Assembly: GCF_004010195.1 (NCBI RefSeq)
Contig: NC_057718.1
Coordinates: 47,057,360-47,105,709 of the forward strand
Reading direction: 5' to 3'
DNA: 48,350 nucleotides
Origin: Chiloscyllium plagiosum
Lineage: Eukaryota
Shown: in pieces, positions 12,630 through 23,754 of the stretch
How positions within the stretch are numbered: position 1 is the stretch's first letter
Layout: every line of letters begins with the position of its first letter
The notes under the pieces: generated by a model
The model's database searches: none
Told to the model about the DNA's origin: nothing
The model's input: only the letters and a program-made list of their open reading frames with translations
Position numbers and translations under genes: made by a program

Positions 12630-13127
12630 GAGTTTACCAAGGCTCAAACAAAATTGCCAAGGCTTCAAAAGCAATTCAAAGGCTAGATACTCTGTGGTGA
12701 ATTCAACACCTCCAAAAAGGAGAAGTTGGAAAATATATGGAATACGCTATGCTTGTCTGGATTATAGCACCTGTACCAATACTCAAAAATATCCTGCATA
12801 AAACACTAATCATGGACTTAATCATTCATTCCCCCACCCATCAATAGGCCATGCAGTCTGTATTATTCACAACATGTATTGCAGTGAGTGACCAGGGCTT
12901 TACTACCCAAACATGTGACTTTCAGCTCCGAGCTGATCAAAAGCAGAACATGCTTGGGAACATCTTCTCCTCCAAAATTCTCTCCAAGTTTTACGTCACC
13001 CTTCATCATAATTGAATCGAAATCCTGAAACTTCCTACTTAAGAGTACTGTGGAAATACCTTCATTATTTGGGTTCCAGTGGTTAGGCCACTGTCACCTG
13101 CTCAAGCACAACAATGGGTGGCCTTGC

Positions 13128-13208
13128 CCAGGTGGATCTCATTGACTATGAGATCCTTGATTAGGGTTGTTGACCCAGGTCAATCAGGGAGCCCTGGCTG
13201 ACAGATAC
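13128..13208 (+). mobile_element. Short LTR fragment
   Basis: ggatctcattgactatgag...caatcagggagccctggctgacagata resembles a shark LTR family (from memory). Confidence 0.35.
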
Positions 13209-14051
13209 CAGTTTATTTCACAAACTTACTTCAAATAGCAAGTATGGTCTTATTAACGTGAAGTTTATCCGAACAATCAGATGACTTTATAGTCTGGACA
13301 TCTAAACATAGCATATTTTAGTAGCCTGATTATAGGAGTCACTGCTAGGAATTCCGACAAAATTATATTTGGTTTTCAGAGTTCATTGCAAATGAAGTAT
13401 GAAGTTTAATATTAAGTGAACTGTGTGGTCAGCAATGCAGATGCAGGATGTATATTTTGATGAAAATACAGTGACACATTGGCAGATTACATTATGTGTT
13501 ACATGTTATAATACACTTGGTGTTTAACAAAAGTGTATCATTTCTTGAATGATAAGTGATTAGGGCCCAGATTCAGGATAAGTTAGGCTGAATTGAGAAC
13601 TGTTTAATTTTTTTCACTGGACTGAGTTCCAGGATTGCTGCCCCCATTCCTGTTTCTGACAAATTTTTCTGGTATGGGATAAGCATGTGGTTAGTGAAGC
13701 CACATGCAGCACTTCCACCCTTACTATCAGCTCACCAACACCCAACAACTTTTGTGGAGGTGGGTCCCTTCCACAAATGTATGTGATTCACAGGCCCTCA
13801 AGCACAGTCACAAACCATAGGGAAAAGTCAAGTCTTTCATGGGAAACAAAGAAAGAACGATCATATAATCCTGATACATACTATTTGCAAAAAACAAATA
13901 AATATCTCTATTGTATCTATTTCAAGCATTAAATGCTGTATGCTCTGATTGCATAATTGATCAGAGGACTCTGTCCTCCTAAGGCAGTTTGACCACTATA
14001 ACCAAAGTTAAGTATTGTGGTTGCTAGAGATCTGAAATAAAAACACAAAGT

Positions 14052-14370
14052 TTGAAGTTTGGGAGAAGGTTTGTAGCTCGGGTGCTCGTTGTTGTGGCTC
14101 TGTTCGCCAAGCTGGGAATTTGTGTTGCAGACGTTTCGTCCCCTGTCTAGGTGATATCCTCAGTGCTTGGGAGCCTCCTGTGAATCTGTGGATGAGTGCT
14201 ATGCCTCTAGGAATTCCCTGGCTGTTCTCTGTTTGGCTTGTCCTATGATAGTTGTGTTGTCCCAGTCGAACTCATGTTGCTTGTCATGACAAGCAACATG
14301 AGTTCGACTCCTAGACAGGGGACGAAATGTCTGCAACACAAATTCCCAGCTCGGCGAACAGAACCACAAC
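14052..14370 (-). mobile_element. Penelope (GIY-YIG-type) fold-back insertion with 13-bp TSD
   Basis: TSD aaaaacacaaagt at 14039-14051 and 14371-14383; endonuclease C-terminal peptide HEFDWDNTTIIGQAKQRTAREFLEA; inverted arms about 14089-14151 and 14310-14372. Confidence 0.85.
14127..14166 (-). ncRNA. Minimal type I hammerhead ribozyme motif
   Basis: GCA-CTGAGGA-t-ATC-acctagacaggg-GAC-GAAAC-GTC-TGC: intact core, 3-bp stem I, palindromic ACGT stem III; one mismatch at the base of stem II. Confidence 0.65.
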
Positions 14371-14827
14371 AAAAACACAAAGTGCTGGAAACACTTAGCA
14401 GGTCTCACAGTTAATGCTTTGAGTCCAATACGACTGTTCTTCAGGAGAAAACACAAAAACTCCACCAACGCTGCTGTGAGGGCTGGCTGCAAGGGAGTAC
14501 AGCTGAAGGCGATAGAAGTGCGAGACAGTGAAGAGATGTCCAAGAAGAATAAAGAAAACTCTCTGAGAAGGAGCAAATGAGCAGCAATCTCTCTCTTGGT
14601 GGTCTTGCAGCTCTTCAGCATCTCTAGGGAGTCATGAACTACTTCAGTTTCACTGATCAAAGGTTTCCCAGCCTGTCAGTTTCACTGATGAAGTCTTCCC
14701 ATTGTGCTCTTATCTCAATGTATCTGAAGAGTTCCAGACAAGTCAGGAAATAGGTTTGTTCCTTGTTGTTGAGATTTCTTGAGTAAAACAGAACTTAATT
14801 GTCAATTCAAATATTTAAATACCTTAC

Positions 14828-14910
14828 CCTACAACTTCACTTGCCTTCAAACATGCCCAACTGACAACTGAACAGAGTGGGATAATGTCTATAGACTTAT
14901 ATGATGTCAC
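14828..14910 (-). CDS. Putative internal coding exon (VTSYKSIDIIPLCSVVSWACLKASEVVG)
   Basis: Acceptor atccccctgtag|G, strong donor GG|gtaagg; 83 bp, phase 0 to 2, compatible with the phase-2 start of exon 1526-1672. Confidence 0.55.
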
Positions 14911-15299
14911 CTACAGGGGGATTTGCCTCCCTGTACCCACTCAAATCCTTTGCAGGTAAATGTTCTATCCACTGTCAGCAATACCACTTAAAGTCTGTTA
15001 GTTTTATTACTATAATGTATTATAATGATGCTGACTTCCAATGTACTCTGTCCAGTAAAATAAAACCTTTAAAATACAAATATTACAATAACTCCGCATT
15101 ATTATGTTTTGTAATTTTAAAACTGGGTCATTTGTATCATCAGAACATGATTCTGGGCATGAGAAAGTATTTCAAACAGTGATGAGTTTCCATTTTAAAC
15201 TCAATACAGAAGGGGATTTGAGATAATCTTTATGACTGCATAACTGTAATAAAGCAATAATTTGAAAAGCTGATTAAGTTGTTAAAAGGAAATTATAGG

Positions 15300-16135
15300 T
15301 ATTCCAAGGTATCTGATCTGAATGACTGCCAACTCCATTAGTGACCATAAAGTGAAATAGACGTGTATAAATCATGGAGGTAGCCAGAATATGCTAAGCA
15401 GACTAATGATGGAAGAAGTAATTTTGACATGCCTTTATGGAGGCGGAAGAAAGGAGAAAAAGGAGTTAAATTGTCAAATGATGTCAATGCATTAGGGGAG
15501 TTCTATTCAGCTAAAAGTTGGAAATTCTGTGAACTGCAAGCATGTTAGGGATAGCCTACAAGAGGACACATGCAAATGGAATGACAGGATAAGTGGGAGC
15601 TGAAATTTAATGCAGAGAACTGTGAAGTGATTCAGTTTGATAGGAAGAATGCGAAGTGGCACAATATAAACTAAAATGTACATTCTAAAGGCACAGTTCT
15701 GGACCAGAGAGAACTGAAGGGTTATATGTACCTTTGAAGATGGGTAAATTGGAAAATTTGCAGGCTAAAAAAGCACTCAGGATCCCAAGCTTTTAAACTA
15801 GGACACAGATGAAAACTACTCCTTTTGGTGGATGCGTTGAGAACCAAAGGTCCAATTTTAAGGTGATTGGCCAAAACAAAAGCAATGATGACACAAGGAA
15901 AGAATATTTTCAAAATGCAGTGAATGATTAGGATCTAGATTACAATGCCTGAGCGTGTGATGGATGAATACTCTATCAAGGATTTCAAAAGATAATTGGA
16001 TAACATCTGAAGATAAAATATTTGCAAGGCTAATAGGGAGAAGGTAAGGGAGTGGGACAAGGTGAGTTGCTTTTCCAGACAGCCAATACAGACCACATAA
16101 TCTTCTGTACTGTAACCATTATCTGATTCCATGAA
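15300..16135 (+). mobile_element. Old CR1 LINE RT and 3' fragment
   Basis: gataagtgggagctgaaatttaatgcagagaactgtgaagtgattcagttt (DKW.LKFNAENCEVI.F); CR1-type tail cttctgtactgtaaccattatctgatt. Confidence 0.7.
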
Positions 16136-16589
16136 AATTAACAGATGGCCACTGACAAAATTACAGAAGATTATATATAAAAATCATGATCCTTTTTCAT
16201 TAAAGCCCTGTTGCCTGTAATGGTAATACTTTAGCATAAGCAAGATTATGTTGCTGTCCCTGTGGTTTTTACAGCAGAAACAGTGGCATTACAGAAGAAG
16301 TTGACTGAAAGTTCTTCTGGCCAAAGCAAGGGGCAGAGTACAGGATTGAGTGACTAGTGTTCCAACAATGATATATTAAAACCACATTTCCTGTGTTCTC
16401 CTGAAGATTTGCAGAGAAACAGTGGAATTGGTAGAAGTCTGTATGCAGTCCCCAGCCCATCTAGGAATCTGGAAACAATAAAGATAATACAGTAGAATAG
16501 GAGTAAAAAATACAAGATCTTGTTGAGGAATTATCAGTGAATTGGCGTGGCTCATGAAATTTGATCATTTTGGAACTCCACTTTATCCA

Positions 16590-16770
16590 GGCCACTCCAT
16601 ATTCTGTAAGTTTCCATCAGATCCCCCTTCATCCTTCTAAACTCGATCAAGAACACACCCAGATTCTTCAAATACTCCTTATGTGACAAGCCCTTCATGC
16701 CCCGGGATCATTCTTGTAAACCTCTCTGCACCCCTGCAAGGCCAGCACATTCTTCCTTAGATACGGGACT
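16590..16770 (-). mobile_element. CR1 fragment
   Basis: Closely paralogous to about 17890-18075 (ttatccaggcc...atcagatc.cccttcatccttctaa...gacaagcccttcat). Confidence 0.75.
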
Positions 16771-16949
16771 GAGTTAGAACACTAAGCATCAACTCTCAAC
16801 CTCTTAACATTATACTTTTAGACACTTTATGCTATTTATTATTAATACTTATACTTAAATTGTGCATTATTGTTTTCAAAAAATTCAAATAATCTCATAC
16901 AACGAATTATTTTGAATTAGAATCAGTATTGTTTTGACATAACAAAGAC

Positions 16950-17076
16950 TGTGGAGTTTTGTAGCGCAGAGGGAGTGTCTCTACTGCTGGTCCAGAAAGT
17001 CCAGTTTCAAGTCCCACCATCCCTGGAGCTGTGTCATTATATGTCTCAACAGATTGATTAAAAACAACTTTTAAAA
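16950..17076 (+). mobile_element. Short tRNA-derived SINE
   Basis: gtagcgcagaggg...ttcaagtccc...aacagattgattaaaaa; same family as 38405-38516. Confidence 0.5.
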
Positions 17077-17109
17077 TAGACTATTCTGAATGTAACAGCT
17101 TTTGCTTTG

Positions 17110-17200
17110 TAGTGGATGTCATGCCTTGGGATCTTAAATATCCAACTGAATCAACATAATAGCAGGCGGGTCTGAATTTTATCTCTCTTTGAAAGGTCAA
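17110..17200 (-). mobile_element. DeuSINE-like fragment
   Basis: gccttgggatcttaaatatccaactga...tctctttgaaag resembles the reverse complement of the Deu domain. Confidence 0.4.
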
Positions 17201-17405
17201 ATCAGCCTGTTATAATATGTAGAATTCTTATGCCTCAGAGACTGAACACAGACAGGGTGTTTGCCAAAAGAAAATCTATGCAGTCATGCAGCTGCTCTGA
17301 GGACACACACACACACACAGCGATCAGTGTGCAAATGCCTTTTGCAGCATTGACATCCTGTTCCACAAGTCACTGCTGCATATGAAAATAAAATTAGCAA
17401 AATAG

Positions 17406-17505
17406 TACTCACCATCAGATTCTCAAGGGCAATTAGGGGTGCGCAATAAATGTTGGGTCTACCCAGCAAGGAACTCACCCCATGAACAATTACATAAAAT
17501 ATTTT
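17406..17505 (+). mobile_element. 3' tail of the second LINE family
   Basis: ctcaccatcagattctcaagggcaattaggggtgcgcaataaatgttgg...ccccatgaacaa; matches 29998-30085. Confidence 0.7.
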
Positions 17506-17559
17506 TAAAATTGCTTGTCTGATCAGCATGAGGATGGAAAGGTTTTACATGCTCCCAAA

Positions 17560-18770
17560 GACCCATAAAACATAGGAGGAGAATTAGGGCATTCAGTCTT
17601 TGGATTCTGCTCTACCATTTGATCATTGCTGATATGTTTCCCAAGCCCATTCTACTGCCTTCTCCCAATAACCCTTGATCCCCTTACTAATCAAGAACCT
17701 AACTCTGTCTTAAAGACACTCAATGACTTGACCTTTACAACCTTCTGTGGCAATGAGTTCCACAGATTAACCACCCTCTTGCTGAAGAAATTCCTCCTCA
17801 TCTCAGATCTAAATGGTCAGTCCCTTCACTTTGAGGCTCTGCCTTAGATTCTAGTCTCTCCTACTCCTGGAAACATCTTCTCCATGTCCAGTTTATCCAG
17901 GCCTCTCAGTATTCTATAGGTTTCAATCAGATCACCCTTCATCCTTCTAAGCTCTTGTCAAGCACAGATCCAGAGTTCGCAATCAAACCTTATATGACAA
18001 GCCCTTCATTCTGGGATTATTCTTGTAAACCCCCCTGGATCCCTTCAAGACCAGCACATCTTTCCTTTGATATGGGACCCCAAATGGCTCACAATATTCC
18101 AAATGCAGTCTGATCAGAGTCTTATACAGCCTCCGCAGTACATCACTGATCTTGTAGTCTAGCCTTCACACTGAATGCTGACATTGCATTTGCCTTCCTA
18201 ACTGCCAACTGAACCTATACGTTAACTTGAACAGAATCCTGAACTCGGACTCCAAAGTCCCTTTGTGCTTCCGATTTCTTTCCCTGTTTAGAAAATAGTC
18301 TGCGCCTCTATTCTTCTTACCAAACTGCAGACTCTCCTGCTTGCCCGCATTGTATTCCACCTTCACCTCTTTGCCCACTCTCCTGGCCCATCCCAAGTCT
18401 TTCTGAAGCCTACCCACAACACTACCTGCCTCTCCATTTATCTTTGTGCCATCTGCAAACCTAGCAACAATTCCCTCAGTTCCTCTTCTAGATTGTTAAT
18501 ATATAATGTTTATAGTTGTGGTCCCAATGTGGACCGCTGTTGAAATCAACTAGTCACTTGCTGCCATCCTGAAAACAATCCCTTTATCCCAATTTTTTTT
18601 TGTTTTCTGCTAATGTCAGTACCTTACCACCAACACCATGAGCTCTTATCATATTTAGCAGCCTCCTGTGTGGCACCTTGACAAAGGCCTTTTGAAAATC
18701 CAAATAAGTCACGTCCACTGGCTCTCCTTTATCGAACCTGCTCATTACCTCCTCAACGAATTCTAACAGA
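17560..18770 (-). mobile_element. CR1 LINE 3' portion (decayed RT)
   Basis: gtgccatctgcaaac (FADGT), ccttgacaaaggccttttgaaaatc (DFQKAFVK), tail cataaaacataggag. Confidence 0.85.
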
Positions 18771-19124
18771 TACTCTAATGCAACAGTGTTAATTCTATAC
18801 TGGAAGTCAAAATGAGAAGGAATGTGTTGTATAACACCAAACTATATTGGCCTCAAAGAAAGCTGAGCAGCAATAAGGGAAGGAGTTGGTCAAGGCACTG
18901 AGTGAACCATGCTTATTCTGATAATAAAAAATGATTGTCTTATCAACTTAGGCAAGAAGGGTTAGTCTTACAATCCAAAAGTTCAACATCCTAGGCAAAT
19001 CTGACAATAAAAATAACATCCCTGCATTGTCAAAATATTCAAATTAATCACAATTAATGTCCATGAAGGGACATTATGTATGTTAAATCTCCAATCTTCA
19101 TCTGGAAATGTTCCAAGGACAGAG

Positions 19125-19990
19125 ACATGGTTGTAATGTTGCTGAATTAGTAATCCAGAAGCCCAGGTTAATGCTTTGGGGTCATTAGTTCAAACCCCAC
19201 TGCACCAGCTGGTGGAATTTAAATTTAATTATTTAATAAATCTGGCATTAGAGGCTAGTCTTATCTTTCAAACTAGCAGATTGTTGTAAAACTCATCCAG
19301 TTTAATAGTGACCTTTAGTGACAGAAACTTGCTCTCTAACTTGGTCTTGCCTGCATGAGACTTCAGACCCACAGCAATCTGGTGAACACGAGCTGCCCTC
19401 TGAAATAGGCTGGCAAGCCATACAGTTGTATGGAACAGTAACAGTAAAGTAAAAGAAAACTATGCAGCCTTGATTTTTAGGCACCAAAAATGACTATGGT
19501 ACACACTGCCCAGTGAGATTTGCAAAGTCCTCCTAACATCTTGGGGGCTTATGCCAAATTTGGCACAGTTGTCCCACAGACCAACTGAGTAACAATCTGA
19601 CATAGTTATAATTACTAAATTCCTTACAGCCAATGCTCCAGGCACCACCATCAAAATCCCTGGGGATTTATTGTCCCACTAGCAGGACAGACCCAGGAGA
19701 AGTGGCAGCACAGTGGTATTCAGTCAGCAGGGAGATATTCTGGAAGTCCATAAAAAGATTAGAAACACCACGAGGTCTCATGGCATCATGCTGATTGTCA
19801 ACTGATGAAATAGTGCTCCCCCAAATTGGACATGACTTGAAAGAATCCCTGAGGATAGCAAGGGCACAGGACATACTCAGAGTGGGGACCTTCTATAGCC
19901 TTTACCAACATTGTCTCAGTATCACCACGATTGACAAAGGTCCAAAAAACAAAGCTGCCAGGCACGGTGTTTGGAAAGTGATGAAGGATG
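19125..19990 (+). mobile_element. 5' end of the second LINE family: tRNA-like SINE head followed by a decayed APE endonuclease start
   Basis: 19125-19430 aligns by eye to SINE bodies at 30320-30485 and 39480-39760; downstream decayed LSHR..QSDIVIIT and QDRPRRSGSTVV (DR..RGGG motif). Confidence 0.65.
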
Positions 19991-20122
19991 TGTTGTTGAT
20001 GGCATGTTCATGACAGAAGGGAAAGGATGTATTCATGTATGTTGCATTGACCAGTATTTATAAAGTCTTCTCCTTGAGAGTTGGGATTATCGCTTGTAAC
20101 TGCATGACAGATGTCCTTGTAC

Positions 20123-20180
20123 CCTTTTCAGGTTTCTGGGGTTCCTCTTGCTAAATCCCTTTGGAGGGGATTTTCCTTTT
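20123..20180 (-). CDS. Possible small coding exon (KGKSPPKGFSKRNPRNLKR)
   Basis: Acceptor ggacatttcag|A, weak donor AGG|gtacaa; 58 bp; only the phase 2 to 0 frame is open, which is the phase needed between 28850-28932 and 14828-14910. Confidence 0.3.
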
Positions 20181-20299
20181 CTGAAATGTCCATAATAAAG
20201 CTTCTGTTTGAGGCAAGGTTATGCAGCATACAATCATAATTATTGAAATCTCACTGTGTGATGACACAGGGTTGCATGGAACTTGTTTGAAGCACCAAA

Positions 20300-20634
20300 A
20301 GTTTTATTTTCATTCTTTCATGGAATTTTAGCGCTGACCAAGCCAGCCTTTATTATCCATTCCTAATTGCCCACGAGAAGTTAGTGGTGAGTTGCCTTCT
20401 TGACCTATTTCAGTTCATGTGGTTTAGGTACACCCACAGTGCTGTTAGGGAAGGAGGGAGCTTCAGGAATTTGAGCCAGTAACCGTGAAAGAATGGCAAT
20501 CCTGTTCCAAGACAGGATGCTGAGTTTGATGGGGAACTTACATGTCCTCGTGTATTTACTGCTCTTGACGGCTAGGCTGAGAGGTTTGGAAGGTGCTTCC
20601 TAAGCAGTTTTCTAAAGTTGCTGTACTGCATCTT
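20300..20634 (-). mobile_element. 3' part of the second LINE family (continues at 25083-25230)
   Basis: ttattatccattcctaattgccc...gtggtgag (tail on minus); sequence resumes tcttgtagac...ctttgtcctggatggtgtcaagc after the CR1 insertion. Confidence 0.7.
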
Positions 20635-21470
20635 AGGACATAGAACAGTACAGCACAGTACAGGCCCTTCGGCCCAAGATGTGCTGAGCATTTATCTTAA
20701 TCTAAAACCAACCTAACCTACTCACCCCTCAATTCACTGCCATTCACGTGCTTGTCCAGCAGTCACTTAAATGTCCCTAATGTCTCTGCCTCAACTATCA
20801 CCCCAGGCAGTGCATTCCATGCACCCACCACTCTCTGTGTAAAGAACTTATCTCTGATATCTCCCTTGTACTTTCCTCCAATCACCTTAAAATTATGACC
20901 TCTTGTGACAGCCATTTCTGCCCTGGGGAAAAGCCTCTGGCTACCTACTCTATCTATGCCTCTCATTACCTTGTACACCTCTATCAAGACACCTCTCTTC
21001 TTTCTTCTCTCCAGTGTAAAAAGCCCTAGCTCACTCAACCATTCTTCATTAGACAAGCTCTCCAATCCAGATAGCATCCTGGTAAACCTGCTCTGCACCC
21101 TTTCTAAAGCATCTACATCCTTCCTATAATGAGGTGACCAGAACTGGACACAATATTCCAAGTGTGGTCTAACTAGGGTTTTACATAGCTGAAGCAAAAC
21201 CTCGTGACTCTTAAAGTCAATCCCCCAGCTAATGAAAGCCGAGAAACCATACGCCTTCTTAACAACCTTATTAATTTGGGTGGCAATTTTGAGGGATCTG
21301 TGTACATGGACCCCAAGATCCTGCTGTTCCTCCACACTGCCAAGAATCCTGTCTTTAACCCTGTATTCAGCATTCAAAGGAGAAAGTGAGGACTGCAGAT
21401 GCTGGAGATCAGAGCTGAAAATGTGTTGCTGGAAAAGCGCAGCAGGTCAGGCAGCATCCAAGGAGCAGGA

Positions 21471-21507
21471 GAATCGACATTTCGGGCATAAGCCCTTCTT
21501 CAGGAAT
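21471..21507 (-). ncRNA. Minimal hammerhead motif (left pLTR)
   Basis: attc-CTGAAGA-a-GGGC-ttat-GCCC-GAAAT-GTC-gattc. Confidence 0.6.
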
Positions 21508-21527
21508 GAGGAAAGTGTGCCAAGCAG

Positions 21528-21642
21528 NNNNNNNNNNNNNNNNNNNNNNNNNNNNNNNNNNNNNNNNNNNNNNNNNNNNNNNNNNNNNNNNNNNNNNNNN
21601 NNNNNNNNNNNNNNNNNNNNNNNNNNNNNNNNNNNNNNNNNN
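21528..21642. other. Assembly gap (N run)
   Basis: Run of N. Confidence 1.
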
Positions 21643-21815
21643 AACTCAGCACCACCTTCCTAACCTGCAATCTTCTTCCTGACCTCTCTGCCCTCACCGC
21701 CACTCCGGCCTATCACCTTCACCTTAACCTCCTGCCAACTATCGAATTTCCAACGCCCCTCCCCCAAGTCCCTCCTCCCTACCTTTTATCTTAGCCTGCT
21801 TGGTACACTTTCCTC

Positions 21816-21852
21816 ATTCCTGAAGAAGGGCTCATGCCCGAAATGTCGATTC
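21816..21852 (+). ncRNA. Minimal hammerhead motif (right pLTR)
   Basis: attc-CTGAAGA-a-GGGC-tcat-GCCC-GAAAT-GTC-gattc. Confidence 0.6.
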
Positions 21853-23754
21853 TCCTGCTCCTTGGATGCTGCCTGTTCTGCTGCACTTTTCCAGCAACAT
21901 ATTTTCAGTTCAGCATTCAAATTCAACATTCCAAAATAAATCACTTCACATTATCCAGGTTGAACTCCATCTACCATTTCTCAGCCCAGCTCTGCATCCT
22001 GTCAATGTCCTGTTGTAGCCTGCAACAGACCTCGACACTATCTACAACACCATTGACCCTTGTGTCATCAGCAAACTTACTAACCCAACCTTCTGATTCT
22101 TCATTCAAGTCTTTTATAAAAACTACAAAGAACAGAGGCCCAAGAACAGAGCCCAGCGGGACACCACTTTCCATCCAAAACCTCTTGCTGTATTCTTTCA
22201 GCCAGCCAATTCTGTATCCAGACAGCCAAATTTCCCTGTGAACCATACCTCCTAACTTTCTGAATGAGTCTACGGTGGGGAACCTTGTCAAATGCCTTAC
22301 TGAAATCTACATACACCACTTCCACTGCTCAACCTTCATCAACTTGTCTCATCACATCCTCAAAGAACTCAATAAGAGTTGTGAGGCATGACCTGCTCCT
22401 CACAAAGCCATGCTAACTATCTTTAATCAAACTATGTTTTTCCAAATAGTCATAAATTCTATCTCTCAGAATCCTTTCCAATACCTTGCTTATCACAGAC
22501 GTAAGACTGACTGGTCTGTTATTCCCAGGGATTTCCTTATTCCCTTTCTTGAACAGAGGAACAACATTTGCCTCCTTCCAGTCATCTGGTACTACTCCTG
22601 TGGGGAGTGAGGATGCAAAGATCATCGCCAGAGGCGCAGCAACCTCATTCCTCACTTCCCGTAGTAACCTTGTATATATCGGATCTGACCCTGGGAACTT
22701 AACTTGATGCTTCCCAGAATTTCCAGCACATCCACTTCCTTAATATCAATCTGTTCAAGCCTATTAACCTGGTCCATGGTGTTTTCACTATCAACAAGGT
22801 CCCTCTCTCAAGTGAATAATGAAGCAAAAAACTCATTTAGGGCCTCCCCTACCTCTTCAGACTCCAGGCACAAATTCCCTCCACTAGCTCTGATCACTCC
22901 TACATTGTCTTTGATCATTCTCTTATTCTTCACGTGTATGTAGAACGCCTTTGGGTTTTCCCTAATCCTTCCACCAAGGCTTTATCGTGCCCCTTCCGAG
23001 CTCTCCTCATTCCATTTTTGAGTTCTTACCTAGCTACCCTGTAATCCTTTAAAGTTGTGCCAGATTCTTGCTTCCTCAACCTTAAGTAATCTTCCTTCTT
23101 CCTCTTGATGAGAAACTACTCTGCTCTTGTCATCCAAGGCTCCTTCACCTTACCATTCCTTGCCTGTTTCAGTGGGACAAAGTTATCAACACTTGCAACA
23201 ATGCTCCTTAAACAGCCTCCACATTTCTGTTGTGCATTTCCCGTAGAATCACCCATAACAACAACTGTTACATCTGCTGTCCAATCTGTTCTTCCATCTC
23301 TCTGCTGTTATTGGGGGGGTCTATAGAAAACCTTCAATAAAGTGACTGCTCCTTTCCTGTTACTGACATCCACCCATACTGAATCAGTAGACAAATCCTC
23401 CTCAACAACCTTCTTTTCTGCAGCTGTGATGCACTGTCTAAGTAACAATGCTACTCCCCAACCTCTTTTACCCCTCTTCCTGTTCTTTTTAAAAGATCTA
23501 AACCCTGGAACATTTAGCAACCATTCCTGCCTCTGTGAAAATCATGTCTGCTTTATGGCCACAACATCATAGTTCCAAGTACTGATCCATGATCTAAGTT
23601 CATCACTCTTATTTCTAACACTCCTTGCATTGAAACAGACACACTTTAACCCATCCCTTTGTCCTTCCTGACAGACTCTTTGCATTCTATTTCTGCCCAT
23701 TCAACAATTACCCTCACCTCTGATTTGTATCTTTGGTTCCATTCTCCTGCCAAA

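Larger units (their letters stand above)
10440..13125 (+). mobile_element. Decayed second LINE family (CR1/L2 group), split by a SINE and a solo LTR
   Basis: Endonuclease remnant acctcatcctcaccaatct...ggtaggagtgaccac-like (LILTN..GRSDH); RT remnant tgcttcatcaatgaccttc (CFINDL) and ctggacaatatccaggcttgggctgat (LDNIQAWAD); 3' part 12630-13125. Confidence 0.7.
14017..14447. mobile_element. Older Penelope-derived pLTR fragment hosting a younger insertion
   Basis: tgctagagatctgaaataaaaacacaaagt|gctggaaacacttagcaggtc continues across the insert; degenerate hammerhead-like ctgaagaacagtc..gactc on minus at about 14420-14444. Confidence 0.6.
21379..21908. mobile_element. Penelope insertion with inverted pLTRs inside the CR1, 13-bp TSD
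   Basis: TSD ttcagcattcaaa at 21366-21378 and 21909-21921; arms about 21415-21527 and 21796-21908 are reverse complements; gap 21528-21642 lies between them. Confidence 0.9.

Noticed and set aside
13230..13301. Exon candidate with a strong gtaagt donor
   Set aside because: All three frames contain stops from the tag acceptor.
14450..14760. Coding-like stretch in ORF 14199..14660 with a 14-bp direct repeat (tcagtttcactgat)
   Set aside because: The ORF is a chimera running into Penelope sequence; no splice support or recognisable domain.
16275..16357. Plus-strand exon candidate after tttttacag
   Set aside because: Runs into a stop without a donor and has no partner exons on that strand.
17339..17375. 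Phase 2 to 0 exon candidate SDLWNRMSMLQK
   Set aside because: Good acceptor but would need a poor non-canonical GC donor (gcattt); remains an alternative to 20123-20180.
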